Shown in pieces: positions 37,701 to 51,220 of a stretch of DNA of 64,000 nucleotides (within the stretch, counting starts at the first letter, position 1; every line of letters starts with the position of its first letter). Under the pieces are notes generated by a model. The model saw only the letters and a list, made by a program, of their open reading frames with translations. It was not told the DNA's origin and searched no databases. This DNA comes from Oculina patagonica (Eukaryota), in the NCBI RefSeq assembly GCF_052425735.1, contig NC_135760.1, positions 8,866,001-8,930,000 on the forward strand, in the 5' to 3' direction. The translations under genes and the position numbers were made by a program.

Positions 37701-39518
37701 CATCGGGCTTTGTCGGGAAATATCTGGCAGTGCAAAATCTCAAAATGTGTTGTTTATGTCGGGTTGTTGTCGGGCATTGATGGCTTGTGTGCGGTGGACC
37801 ATTACAACTTGTCGGGTCTCGGTCGCGTCGTAACCAATTAGAAGGCGTTGTTGCAGTCACATGGGCAAGCATCATTTTCAACATGGCGGCGGTCAAGCGT
37901 CGACACAGTTAGTCGCGACAAAATTAATAAGCTAGTAGAGCGCGGCAAGCTGATGACCCAACAAATTTTGACCTGATTTGACCTCGATAAAGAAAACTTC
38001 CTAGGATAAAAAATCGGCTAGTGTGCGGCGAGCTTATGCTGATTAAGATAACATTGCTTTTACTTCGTCTGCCAGGATAGAAGTATTGACGAAGGCCGTT
38101 GACAAACTACATGAGTACAAAGAAAAACTTTCTTCGGAAACAGAGAGTGGAAAAGAAGAGGTAAACATTAATCTGGCTAAAATAGATAACGTTTTGTTTA
38201 TTTAATTTGCCTTTTGACTATCGAGGTTATAAAGTCCGTTCTGTGCAATCTCCGCCTGCAATGTTTATGTCTAAATGTCCCACACGAAGAAATGTTCACT
38301 AACCAAAATAAAAAACTCCGGGCAAAACTTACCTTCTTTCATTATTAACGCCAGATATCCTTGCAAACAATAACAACGAGTAGAAGAACCTCAACGTTAT
38401 ATATTTATATTATTCCAAAACGACGTTTCAGGTTATCGAGCATTCCTGAACAAAACAACTCGTAAACCCTGGTAAAGGTGGTCTAAAAAACTTCATGTAC
38501 GCTATCAACGAAGTGTAACGTATCAACGAATTCAAAATAATAATGAAAACCAACTCTGGCGGAGTGTTAGTTCGGACCGGAAATCATTAAAAGGCTCTTA
38601 TATGGACTTCTGGTAAAATTTGTGGAGGTACTCACAGAACTCCAATAAAAATACTGAAGCTCTAGTGCTTCAAATATATTACAATATATGTCTGGGTGCT
38701 GGATTCTAATACATGCCTAGTTTTTTTGTCCAAAATTAATTGTAACTGCAGTTTGGTATAATTGCAGCAGAACCTACCCATATACTTTTTTGGTAGCCCC
38801 AACCAACCTGGCGGGGCTAGGGACGTGAGTTTCGTGGCTCCTCCCGCTCCCTTTATTAGTGAAAAGACAGCCCACAAACCTACCAGCTTACAAACCCACA
38901 ACCCGGGCACTGTACTTACTTCCATTGATAGTTGTGTTTGAGCTTCCACTGATAGTTGAATTTCAATTCCCAGTATCTGTGCTGTTAGCTGGGGTGGAGT
39001 CGTTGCCTTCAGCTAAAACCAACGAAAAAATAAATGTAAAACGTAAAAACAAAACAGCGAAAAAGAAGCAGTGGTTACTGGATATGGAAAATTTACCATT
39101 TTTGGACAAGCACGTGTTCCAAGGGATTAATTGCGCTCTTTACTATCAGGTTACGTTAGTTTCGTGTTTCATTTCTTTCCACCCACCCTTCCACCTTGGG
39201 TGATTTTGATTGTTGTCATGTCATGAGGGTGATAGAGAGATTTATTATTGGCACTTCATGTAGTTAAATTTGCCCCCGCAGACAAAAAAACCTAGGTACG
39301 GCCCTGGTTACTCAAAATAACTCAGCAAATCTACTTAAGAAAGTAACTTATTCAATGAACTGGATGGTTAACTGACTCAGTAACTCGCTAAATTTAGTAA
39401 CTGTGTTAGTATACATTTCTTTTTCTTTTTTCATTTTTCTTTGCACATCCAGTCGGGCTACCTGGAACCAATGATTTATGCGACCAGTCCCTTAGAATAT
39501 ACAGGAATTTTCCTATAG
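31758..39518 (+). CDS. Uncharacterised secreted helical disulfide protein, paralogue A (164 aa)
   Basis: Exons 31758-31834, 32235-32276, 33527-33599, 33797-33831, 37004-37076, 37182-37225, 38076-38160, 39453-39518; all GT-AG and the frame stays open. Translation: MKNHAVFRLVLVVGIFAGAVRIGHA-KCKDRRDELQTELKRLKEEFAALRKNVKEKEEINQLTKVDLLKTIAGGISNITYLKTDVENVQDKAENFCLSCQEEKTKCPNILSLINGRIEVLTKAVDKLHEYKEKLSSETESGKEESGYLEPMIYATSPLEYTGIFL*. Exon sizes 77/42/73/35 match paralogue B (C: 80/42/73/35). UTR exon from 40441; AATAAA at 40536. Confidence 0.82.
32787..33176. mobile_element. Harbinger-type MITE (TAA target duplication)
   Basis: taa|aggtcgagatac ... gtgtcccgacct|taa, with internal gcgacaagtcgc/cgacttgtcgc repeats. 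Confidence 0.65.
37629..38034. mobile_element. Harbinger-type MITE
   Basis: TIRs ccgcacactagccgatttt ... aaaatcggctagtgtgcgg. Confidence 0.7.
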
Positions 39519-40167
39519 AGAAGCTGAAAAATCATCAAAGGTGATGTTCTTTGATCACTAGCTAGATTCTTTATTTGCATTTCCTCAACTTCCGAAAGTA
39601 GGTCCCTTATTTCTGTAGACTTCTAGGTCTTCTTAATGCTACAGAAACCGGGATAAGCTCCGGCTGAATGAGCCACTTGGCTCGGACACAGACTTTACCT
39701 ACCACCTACTAGGTCTTCTTAGTACATCGAGCGTAAAGCGAAATAAAGCGCGAGTAGAAAAAATAGCCATGAGGATCCGGGAACGATTTTTGCACTCGCA
39801 CTTTTTTCGCTTCTTTCGCTGGACGGACCAGAAAGAAGAGGACTGCTCGTAGTCTATACTTTCTGTCCCGAAAATTTACCAACTTGAAAATGAGCTTTCC
39901 AAATCACAGTCACAAGATCCTATTTCCGATACTCCCCAACGTTCCCCGACACTTACCAAAACTCAGCTACAAATGCAGGGTTTGTTTCGCAGCACATATG
40001 ACTACTTTTTTCTCTACGGTTTGTTAGCGAAGTTTTTACGATGAATTTTAACTGTTACGAGAAATAAAGCACTCGGATTTCACAGGCTGCGAACATAATA
40101 AATAATAATAATAATAAAAAGTATTTTTATAGCGCCAAAATCCACTAATTGCTCATGGCGCTTTACA

Positions 40168-40405
40168 ATAAAAAAATATTAACTATATAAAAATATTAAG
40201 ATAACTTATGTTTTTTTGATATATTTTTATCTATCTGAAATAGTGACTGATCGATCGAATCCACCGTAATTTAGCAAAATTCATTTATAAAAAAATATTA
40301 ACTATATAAAAATATTAAGATAACTTATGTTTTTTTGATATATTTTTATCTATCTGAAATAGTGACTGATCGATCGAATCCACCGTAATTTAGCACAATT
40401 CATTT
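40168..40405. repeat. Near-perfect tandem duplication of about 119 bp
   Basis: ataaaaaaatattaactatataaaaatattaagataac...ccaccgtaatttagca(a/c)aattcattt occurs twice in tandem. Confidence 0.9.
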
Positions 40406-41589
40406 ATTTTTACCGTATTACATTCATTTTTCCTCGGCAGGTTTATCCTTCATTTTCCCCTCTCAGTGATAGCGGAGTACTAAGTTAAGTTCACAAGAAC
40501 AGCGGAAGTAAAAGAAAACGAAAGGAGAAGTGGTGAATAAAAGCTATATTATTTGATTTTTATCGTGGTTTTATTTTTTCATACTTACAAGTGAATTATT
40601 TGGCCTTTAGCTCCCAGAGGAAGGAAATGCTTTACCCTAATTTAATTTGTTCCTTCGAAATTTAAATTTTGTCGAAACGTTTACCAAACAAAGCCTGTTA
40701 AAATTTGAAGGCAAAATATAAAATTTTGCGACATTCAGCATTCACTTCCCCCCAGCTTCCTTGCGCAGAGCTACTTCGTTTTAACGTAACCGTTATTAGC
40801 AATTTATTCACTTTGAATAATCTAAAACTGGAACAAAAAAACAGTAGAATACGCTTTGTTCCATTCCTAATATATTCAATGAGGAACTTACTCGGTTACA
40901 TGAATCGCTTACGTTCGGACTTTCATTTCCACCTTCTTTGCCCCTTTCAACATTGGCTGCAACACGCTAAATACACTCAAGTTATGTCTACAAGTTAACA
41001 TTAGTTAACATTGGACAACGTTTTAACAATTATGCCCACGTAGCTTAGGTAGCCAAAACTTTGCCTGAAAAAGTTAACAACTAGTTCTTTCGACCCAAGC
41101 GACAGCTGTCATTTTTTCGTAATTGTTTTTTTCTGGGATAAATTTGATAAAGAGATGCGGGTTGCTAGAAAGATAAGGTTACGCAAGGAAATGTATCAAG
41201 GAAAAGCCTATCTAACAAACGAACCTTCTAGCAAATGTTGCAAATTGTTTTGTATTATAGTGCTAAAACTAACGAGCGGATTTTTAATTTAGACCAGCAA
41301 GGTCCCAGTTTTGCGAAATTGTAATTTTTATGAAGGCACCTCGCAAATAGGGGCGCGCGAGGCAACGGTAGGAGGTGTACGGAAAACTGAGATCATAACT
41401 GATTTTGTAGGGTATGAAACAAAGTAATTAATCGCTTAAAACAAACTTCGTTAATTGATGATATAAATTTCGATGTGAACATGAGTTTGCTGTGTCAAAT
41501 CAGCGTGGTTATACGGTGACTTGCGTTTAAGGCCAAAATCAGCGTTACGAACCGGCGCTTCGAAACAAACGGCCTATACAACGTATTAA

Positions 41590-42319
41590 GTAAAACAAAC
41601 CAAGCCATTAAAAAAGCTCAAATTTGCCTCTTTTTTTTTTCATTGCTGAAGGCGGCAAAATAGACCAAATATTTAAAATTCCCAGAAATGTTATGTTTGC
41701 AGTCAAATTGCCATTCAAATTGTGCGGAAGCAATATGTCTTCTTTTCAACCATATATTAATTGTTTGAATGTATCTTTTTGTTCATTTATGAGCCGGTGA
41801 CTCCCAAGCGAGAGCTCAAACCGTCATCGTCGCCTTTCATCTAAAAGAAAAATTTGATTGATCTCAAACTTAAGTTTTTTTAGACAATAGTTTCACTATA
41901 TCTTCATTCTGGCCAAGTTGAAAATTTTCGATTATTTTTTGCTCACCGCCAGGCGGTATAGTATTTGCAGACGGCTGCTCAAAAAAGATAACAATTAAAA
42001 CAGTTTTCTAAGGGTTTCAAGATTTTTGCTTTTCAGCTCACGCAGCCTGGATATTTAGTTTATTCGGTTTATAAAAAAAGAAATTCAGTGTAATTTTCAC
42101 ATGGCTGAAATAACAAGAAATCGTGTTGGTCTTTCCTTTAATTTATTGATATTGGATGTTTAAAGAATTGTTATATTAAAAAAGGATGAAAAGATCAGTT
42201 TTTCTTTTGACTAAACCAGATGGCTTGCATTCATTGTATATAACAAAGCATTACTCGGGCTCATCGCCCCATTAGGCAGATTTCAGTCGTCACGAGTACC
42301 GGTAAACTGAACACTTACG
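41590..42319 (+). promoter_or_regulatory. Upstream/promoter block of paralogue B, conserved with paralogue C (about 50510-51220)
   Basis: Colinear shared motifs: aaaat(t)cccagaaat, gtttgcagtcaaattgc, gtcgcctttcatctaaaa, tatttgcagac, cgcagcctggata, acatggctgaaat, aaccagatgg. The aaccagatgg motif, a TATA-like element and tttcagtcgt also occur upstream of A (31640-31715). Confidence 0.6.
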
Positions 42320-45300
42320 ATGAGTAACCGTGCGGTCTTCCGTCTCTTTCTGGCTGTTGGGATTATTTTTGGAGCTGTGCGTGCTTGCAATGACAGGTAA
42401 GAGGATGTTTTCCACTTGCTTTAGCTGGATGATGAGCCTAAGTTCTTTATCTGGGTAAACAAACTGAGCACGAAAATGATCTTGTTTTTAACTTTGCCTA
42501 GCAAGTTGATCAAATTTTTGCAAACATGCTACCCATGCAGCTAGGCTAGCTGTCTAAATGCCGACTTTTTCTTTCCCTCTAGATGCAGAAATTGCCTGGA
42601 AGATTTAAAGACTGAACGCTCCAGGTAAATAAAAATACTCGTCAGTTAATCCTAGCAACAAAATCTTTACATAGCAAAATATAAAATCGCAAGGAAGCTG
42701 AGGTTCTTTCCTCTGTTGGTTTTTCTCCTTCACGAGCTTCGCAGGGGACTTGCGGAGGAGATTTGTTGCCCGAATGCTCAACTGTGAGTCACCGCAAGAA
42801 ATCTCACAACGATTGGCCAATCCTACACAATTTCAGCTCTTTAATTTCCAAGACTAGAGTGATAATACGTGGCTATATAATTTTTCAATGCACTGACGAG
42901 CAGAGAGGTCAAGAAAATTATTTAGGAAGTGAAATAAAAGTGTGGCAATCAGCATGTGGATGTGATTGAGATTGAAATGGGTTGAATAGATCTCAAGCTG
43001 AAACTCCGAAGAAAGACCTTTGCGTGGTAAACGTTGTATTAATTTCCGAAAAGAGTTATTAATTCCTCTTTCTCCCAAGAGTTTATTGTTACAGAGCTAC
43101 GTGTGTCATTTTCCATACCTTGGTGAACAATAATTTTTTAATTAAATTTGGCTAATTTGGCCCTTGGCAATTTAAAGTTTTCACAGAGAAGTAATTAGAT
43201 CTAACGAAGATATATGTGATTTTATAGTTACTAGAATACACGGTGGAAGTTTAAAACTGATTGGCAGCTGTAGTAACCAAAAAACTTACTTTTTATGTTT
43301 CCTTCGGTCAACATGCCTAGGATAAATATAATTGTTAATTTTAACTCTCAAAAGAGACTTCTATTACTATTATTGGGAGGCCGATTGCCTAATTGTTAGT
43401 GAGCTGGACTTCACGACGAACGGTCCGGTTTCGAGTCCTGGCCAGGGTCGCTGGACAGAACCGGCGTTACTTTCACAGTGTCTCTCCCACTAAGGATTAT
43501 TACTGGGTACCGGGCGAATTAAATGCTGTGGGAAGCCCTGCGATAGCCTAGTATTCCATTAAGACTTACTATCACAATCACTCTACTTTAGGCTGAAGGA
43601 AGACTGGGAGAATACGCGTCTAGATCTTAAGGGAAAGGAAGCCAACAACCAGTTGACCGAAGAAGTAAGTCTCTCTTTTCCCATTGGCCATTGTCCGTTT
43701 ATTGATTGACTGGTGATGGTTGGCTGGATAAAAGGATGGATGGATATCCTGCCGAGATGTTAAAATTCGACAAATAATTGTAATATAATAGCACGTAATT
43801 CTTCATGCAGCTAAACATGCTACGAATATCGTGCCCCATAATTGCTTCCTTCGTTTGATTTTTTTTAGCATCTTACAACAACGGTCAACGGAGTCATCAT
43901 ACGGTAAGTGAAATTTTACGCCATTTGGAACTACAGCTCCAAGAAAATATACCCCTCATCTTTTTTCATGGTGTGTTTACGAAACGCGCCTTCGCGGCTT
44001 ACAAAATTCAAGTACAGTAATTCTAACGAATACCTCATGTAAAAGGACACAATGCATCCGTTAAGGCGCACTAATTATGGTCCCAGCCTCATACAAACAC
44101 TACATTCTTGACTTCTCATAAGTGAGCACCTCCCCCGGCTAACCCAACCCTTTTTCTGGTCACAAAGTTAACGGGCAGTTCGGCTTTAGTCTTAAGCGAA
44201 TGTTTTGAAAATGTCACGTTTTACTTTCTTTATTTTTTACTAGTTATGAAATAAGAAGTGTGAGCATTCCTCAGTTAAGATGTAAACGATTCTTCTACCG
44301 ATATCTGCAAAAACAAAGTTAAGCAATAATTAACTTAAGCGAGTAGTCTTAAGTTCAAGGGAACATCTGTTATATTAAGGGGATCCCATGAGACAGGAAG
44401 TATCTCCTGCTTTTATTGACTCAGAATGCAGCATAAGTTTCAGGAACCATGAAATGCATTATTTTAAATTACAAGTACTCCTTCTTTGGACTGTTTTTGT
44501 TTTTAGTTGCTAAAGCTGTTAGAAGTTAAGAACGTGATGTGAAAAATTTTTTTGATCAGACCTTGTTAATCACTCAGCTTTTATCTACCTGTTCTTTTTG
44601 TCAGTTAATTCAAACCTTTTTAATTCATTCGACAGCATCACTGACTTGAAAACGAAGATTGAGGCCTTCTGCAACAAATGCCCACATGACAAATGTTCAG
44701 ACATATTAAGTCAAATGGAAAGAGGGTAAGCGCTATTCCAGCAGAACGGCAGACTCGAGACAGATGTCTGGTGTTGGCACAAATGACATAACTCATAGTC
44801 TCATTTTCTTTCGGTATTGTGTTCTTGGGCAGAACACAACTTTTAGTGACCGTATCTGGGCCCAGCACAAGCGGTGTGATTGTTTGTATATTCCAAATAT
44901 GAAGAAATGTATGAGTATATGAAAAGGGTCTTATTGTCGTAAAAATATTGCGAGTAATGTCTTCATTTGTAAGGTGTAGTAACAGTCAAGGCAAACCCAT
45001 TCGAATCGCTCAAATTCGCCATTTTAATCCGCAGAGAAGACGAAATCAACAAATGAGGTAATTATATTTACGTTTGTTTTGACCTAAAATGTAGACATTA
45101 CTTGCAATATTTTTACGACAATTCTGAAGTCCCTTTAGATATTCGGTTTACTAACTGTGCTAACTATACAACCGATTTGCACTTGTGCACAGGTTTTTAT
45201 TAGCTTCTCACTCACTCACTGACCGGCATTGCTTGCTTTTAGAAGTATTTTAAACTAATTGTAGCGATTTTTATCCTATTTTATCCTTATTTGATTATGT

Positions 45301-45488
45301 CTTAGTATTTTAATTTAAATTGTTTAGTTTAATAATTTAGTGGTTTTGCTGCTATTTCAGTAGACACGTTCAAGAATAAAGGTTTCTTTCTTTCTTAGTC
45401 TTCAAATACCCTTCACCTTGATCATTTTATCTGTCAAATAGAGTATTGAATAACCACAGTTTCATTGACTGATTGATTGATTGATTGG

Positions 45489-45538
<50 letters not shown>

Positions 45539-47080
45539 ACTTTTTTTGATAGAATTAACACACTCAAATACAAACTCAATGTGTACAAGGAAAAAGATGG
45601 GGTAAGGAATAAGTCGAGGTTTAAGTTTTATAGAGGACCTGCACATGAGGTACGTGGGCGAAACATGAAGAGATCAAATCAACATTATGGAAATCCTCCA
45701 TTATCTGAAAATACATGTTTGGGTTCAAAGAAGAGACACCCTCGGTCGTTCGGGCTCAGGACTCCATATAGCTAAAAATCCAGGGCTCCTGGGATCCAGG
45801 CAATACCTCAGCCCCTCCACTTTCCTGCTCAACTTTGGACTGCGGATAATGTAATGAGTAGACAGAGAGAACTTTCTCAAAGCTGGTATTCTGCATTTTA
45901 CAAAGAATCTCGATTATCATGGCCACGAGAACTTCGTTAAGGCTTATTAGGCTCAAAAATACTTCTGTTCTGAACTAAGTAGAATAAACATTAAGGAAAT
46001 ATTAGGTTCGATTCTACTTTTACTAAAATACTTTTTTAAAATACCACTAACGTAATGTTCATTTAGAGGCGTACGTATGAATGATTTTAATTTAACATTA
46101 TTGCCTCCAAAGGATTGCAACTCTTATGAATTCAAAGCCGATTTCAAGAAGCTAATAATCGGTAAAAAATGACTTAGCGCGTTTATTTAATTTTCTTATC
46201 ACGAACAATTTGAATACCCTGCGAGCAACCTCTCTTAAGGCTGGTTCTCATATGATCGCCCCGATCGTCTCTGTCGCCTCTGTCGTTTGTCTGAGGTGAT
46301 TGGAGCAAGCAAACTTTTTGAAGCGACAGAAGCGACAGAGACGATCGGGACGATCATATGAGAACCAGGCTTTAAGGGGAGTTTAATATCTGAAGTAAAT
46401 AGTGTACAACACTAATATACTTGCCGTCAAAACCAAAACCCTACTATATACAATACTATTTATATTTTTTCTATATAAAAAAATGAAAATTAAAAAGAAG
46501 TGAAGTGCTCAAAATAAAAATAGAGAACTTGGTTAAATCTGCTCTAATGGCCATGGTTTAAGTAACTCTGAACTAATGAAATAAATGATTCACACTCAAA
46601 CAAAATTTAACTCGGCGAGGGCACTTATATTTTCAAATGAGGAAATAAGGGGAGTTATTACAATATGCATGCTTATTGTAAAAACACCCTCGATAGGGAG
46701 TGTTGAATTAAGAGGGGCGGACACTTAGTGAATCGAGGACGCTAATGAAATCAGATTTGTAAAATTAAGAACTAAAATTCAATGATTTACCCTTAAGTTC
46801 TGTTCATGACAACTAAAACAAGATCTCATTACAGCTTTGACAAACAAGGGATTTACCTGAAACATTGTTCACGATAAGCGTTGATACCTTATCTAGCTGA
46901 ATTACTAAAAGTAACGAAAACAGGAAAATCATTTGGATATTCCTAATAACTAAAATACAGAAATATTGACCAGTATAATTATATGTCTTTATTATTTTCT
47001 TGCACGTTCAGGAGTTGACGGTGAATGACATCATGCCGGTGTCAGCTCCTGGAGATGCGTACGCCGAGGCCTTAGGTTGA
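42320..47080 (+). CDS. Uncharacterised secreted helical disulfide protein, paralogue B (144 aa)
   Basis: Exons 42320-42396, 42583-42624, 43592-43664, 43869-43903, 44636-44725, 45553-45601, 47012-47080. Translation: MSNRAVFRLFLAVGIIFGAVRACNDRCRNCLEDLKTERSRLKEDWENTRLDLKGKEANNQLTEEHLTTTVNGVIIRITDLKTKIEAFCNKCPHDKCSDILSQMERGINTLKYKLNVYKEKDGELTVNDIMPVSAPGDAYAEALG*. UTR exon from about 50108; AATAAA at 50201. Confidence 0.86.
45465..45538. repeat. (TGAT)n microsatellite just upstream of the paralogue B exon-6 acceptor
   Basis: Seen directly; absent from the homologous intron of C (55225-55246). Confidence 0.95.
46238..46371. mobile_element. Harbinger-type MITE (TTA target duplication); empty site in paralogue C
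   Basis: tta|aggctggttctcatatgatcg ... cgatcatatgagaaccaggct|tta. C reads gcgagcaacctctcttagggg without the insert at about 56042. Confidence 0.85.
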
Positions 47081-47987
47081 TTCTGAATTATTCTCAGATT
47101 CCTTATCAGTAGCAAAAGGTAATATGCCTCGATTAATACTAGACAGTTTACTTGTAAAAACGTTTACTTCCTTAAAACATAGGCACGCTAAGCGTGCAGG
47201 AGTTATTTTTTCAATTTAAGGGGTGGCTTGGGGTGAAACTGGGTGATTGTCCTGTTGGGATGGTTTATGCCATGGGTTGAGCTATTTGTGTATGGCGGCC
47301 CACGAAGTCACTTTTTGCACAAAATTTTCTTGCAAACAAAATAACTTTTACGTGCATTTTGATACATCAGAACTGTTTTATTCAATATGTAAATTTTCAT
47401 CATTTAATTGAAAAACAAAAACTAATTCAATTATCGAAATGTCACAAAATGGCACGTTCTTATTCTGTTTAAGCCGTTATTTTGTTGCTAGCTTTGTTGC
47501 AACCGTTACGTGTTACTTTTGTTTGTTACGAAATACTTTTGGCTTTTTGCCAAACACTGAAACATGATATTGTTGTTTTTCTCACTTTTGTAACATGAGA
47601 CCTCTGTTTTTTAAAAACGAACGTAACACGATACCCTTGTTTTTCTCGAAAAAGCCACGATTCCATATAGACATTGAACGAAAAGTACTATAATAAACGA
47701 AGTAATAAACGCATCAAATCAAAAACCACTTTCTTCGGGAAAGTTCTTTAAAGCGCAGTACACCTGGAGTATTTGTTTTCTGTCAGAACTGTTCGACAAA
47801 GATTTTCGTTCATTCACAACCTAAATTCTATTCAACAAACAAGAACTAATTGAGTTATCGAATTGTCACGGAATGGCACGCTCGTATTCTGTTTTTTCTC
47901 TCGATCGTAGTTGCTTTTAACAGCAAAGTTAATACTTGTACCGGTTTATTAAATGTTTGAACGAGATGTTTTACAGTTGATTTCAGT

Positions 47988-48721
47988 TTACTTTGGCCGC
48001 CCGCTTTGCGAAGTTTGTTGGGAAATTGGAAACTTTGTTATGAAGTTGCCAATTACGTTGCGAGTTTGCGAATCAAATTGCGAACTTCGATAAGTTCCCA
48101 ACTTTGGCCCGACTGAACTTTCGAAGTTTTGGTTGTTGAGGAGAAACAAAACATGTTGCTCGAAAGTCATGGCGATTTATGAACTCGAAGATTTTAGAGC
48201 TTGTCAAGGAAAGTTGAAGTAGCTTGAAGTGCAAGACAACGTTTCGCATCAGCGATCACGCAAGTGATTTGGCGATAAATAAATCTTATGCAGGTAGAAA
48301 TTTGGTCAAATTTTAACTTTTTTGTATGAAAACACATATTTAACGATTTCTGTGAGGCATTATCTTCACTGTCTTCAATTTCAAGTCTTCTGCGTTTGTA
48401 AACCGGATGAAACTGGATGGTTTATTGATTTTAATCGAAGCCGACGCGACGCGACAGACTAAATAATTTGTTCGAGACAACGTGTTTACGGCTCGCTGAA
48501 CATAAAAGTTTTTTATTTTTATGACATTTGTATCCAACAGTTTAGCGTAGAAAGCCCTTTTTGATAACATAATTATAGAAGGTTTTATTAATTTCGGGCC
48601 GAAGTTGGGAACTTTGTATCGAAGCTCGCAATTTGATTCAAAAACTCGCAACCTATTTGGCAACTTCATAACAAACTTTCCAATTTCCCAACGAACTTCA
48701 CAAAGCGGACGGCAAAAGTAA
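47988..48721. repeat. Element with inverted arms of about 125 bp
   Basis: ttactttggccgcccgctttgcgaagt...aactttggcccga versus tcgggccgaagtt...acttcacaaagcggacggcaaaagtaa. Confidence 0.8.
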
Positions 48722-49359
48722 TGACCACATTATTCTTCAAATCTGCTTTGTGCAAATGGAAAGCTAGCCTCTCCAAACGTACGCTCGAATAAGACGAATA
48801 ACAAGTTAGTGTTGGGCCTTTTGCTCACGGCGTGTGCGTTGTAAGCAGGCGGGCGTTACGAAAAACGTTTTTAATCCAGGGTTAAATCACAACTCACCGA
48901 TTCCGCCTCCTTCTAATCTAAAAACTTAGAACGAAATTGCTGACTACGTCAGATTGCTTCCCCTTTATAAACTGCAATTTTATTGGTTCTGATAGTACCT
49001 GAAATCTGATTGGTGTGACAAACACACATACTTCACTGACCCACTGATTACAAGGACACGACGACTAAAGAGCTATTTTTGAAAAAATAACTCAATAAGT
49101 GGAGGCGGCGGAGCGTTTTGGAACGTGGGGGACTAAGACTGTCCCAAAAATACTCGGTAAATTTTCATATTTGGAGCAACTTTTTTTCCGTTCTTGCAAC
49201 TTTTTGGTTTCTGAGCAGTTTCTAGACCGAAGATTTCTGAAGTTTCTTTAGTGGACTGTTATAGTCATTTCTAACAAAGCTAGACCATTATTTTTACGTT
49301 TCCATTAATGTAAATATTTCTTTTGACTTTTGACCTTTCGAAGTGATGCTCATGCCCCT

Positions 49360-49534
49360 TTACAGCAAGGCGCCCAAGAGTGTGTCCACTTTTAATTTAT
49401 TCACATTCTTTCGTGCAGATTTAATCCAATCAAAAGCCGTGGATAGCTTGCAGTTGACTTCTGATTGGATTAAATCTGCACGAAAGAATGTGAATAAATT
49501 AAAAGTGGTCACACATTTGGGCGCCTTGCTGTAA
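49360..49534. repeat. Near-perfect hairpin with a stem of about 73 bp
   Basis: ttacagcaaggcgcccaa...gatttaatccaatca / tgattggattaaatc...ttgggcgccttgctgtaa. Confidence 0.85.
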
Positions 49535-49614
49535 GTACCATTATTTGGAAAAACTTAGCCAATCAAGATTGCAATATTTGGATTAAAATCTCAGCGCGCG
49601 CAAGCTCGTGCTAA

Positions 49615-50009
49615 GGCCATCGCAATAAAATGTTTCGTTTCCCATCGCCCCGTCTTTTGTTATGATGGGTCGGTCGGTCGGGCAAAAAAAAAAAGAAAAA
49701 ACACTTAGGTTCCAGAGAAGGCCGGGCTGCTAAGTAAGAAAGCCTGATTACAAAGTCAACTCGAAAACGTGGTCTTTTCGTTCGTTATTCCTTATCAAAT
49801 GTCTAAATAGTCTTTAATAACGTAGTATCGATGTTTATTAAAGACAAAGACATCATATACCAATCGTTGTTAATAAAACAAGATCGTGTGCTTGTAAATT
49901 GAAGTACTTGCTTCTTTAACTAGTGAATCTGGAATTTTTTTTTTTTTTACTTTTCGAAAAAAATGGGTCGGTCGGGCGATGGGAAACGAAACATTTTATT
50001 TGGATGGCC
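49615..50009. mobile_element. MITE with TAA target duplication and GGCC termini
   Basis: taa|ggccatcgcaataaaatgtttcgtttcccatcgccc ... gggcgatgggaaacgaaacattttatttggatggcc|taa. Confidence 0.8.
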
Positions 50010-51220
50010 TAAATGGTGTAATCTTGTTTGTATTATCCTTTGTCAGTAACAAATGAGCATTACATAATTTTTAATTTTAATACTATCATTATATATTTTT
50101 ATTCTAGTTCCCTGTGCAACAAGGACCTGATATGTATTGGCAAAGGAGAGTAGTAACTTAGCAATTATATGTCCTTGTATCTGAAACTTAATTAAGTGTC
50201 AATAAAATGTAGTTCAGTCGTTACACGTGCAATTTTGATAACGTAGTACTTGTTGCAATATAAAGTTTAATTAAAATATTTTTAGCTTCATATTGTTTTG
50301 CACAAGTTAAAGACTCACGAAATGTCGATTGGTTGACGAGAAAGACATCAACCATCAATGAGTATTAGCTTAGTGCGTGATTTGAAATATCTGAAAACAG
50401 CGTGAACATAAAAAAAGTCTGCGTTCGAACCTAGTAGCTCCTAATTAATGCCGGAGCTTTTCCCGATTTCCGTAACAGGAAGCGACTTTGAGTAGTTTTC
50501 CGCTCTCAGATTGGTCACTTTTTCATGCCGAAATCGGCAAATTAGGCCAAAAATTTAAAAATCCCAGAAATATCATGTTTGCAGTCAAATTGCTCATTTA
50601 ACTATTCAAACTGTGAAGCAACATGTCCTCTTTTAAAGGATATTTTAATTGTTTGAATGTATCTTAATTTGTTCATTTGTGGGCCGGTTGGCCAGTGACT
50701 TCTGGGTCCTGTGTATGTACCCTTTGAGAACTGATACGAATGCTTACAAACTGTCGTCGCCTTTCATCTAAAAAAATCATTGATGTATTACTTTCACAAA
50801 AACAACAGTATGGCGAAGTTGAGAATTTTCGATTTTTTTCTCATTTTGCACACTTTCACTCGATATTTGCAGACAGCTGCTCAACTGAACAAGTAACAAT
50901 TAGAATAATTTTCTAAAGGTTGTAATATCTATCAAGATTTTTGTTTTTCAATTCTCGCAGCCTGGATAATTAGTAACCTGGTTTAAATGAAAAAATATAA
51001 GTGTAATATTTACATGGCTGAAATTACAAAAGATCGCGTTGGTCTTGGCTTTGAAGTATTAATTTTGGCTGTTAAGAGAGGTTTTTTATTCAAAAAGACT
51101 TTTTTTGAATGAACCAGATGGTTTGAAAGCATTGTATAATTATAAAAAACATTTCACGCGCTCATCGATTCATTTGGCAGTTTCAGTCGTCCACGAGTAC
51201 GGGTAAACTGAACACATACG

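Noticed and set aside
38432-38471. Alternative candidate exon for paralogue A (cag|gttatcgagcattcctga...|gtaaag)
   Set aside because: It would end the protein after VIEHS and has no counterpart in B or C. The exon at 39453 has a homologous acceptor context (ttgcac..cag), peptide and donor.
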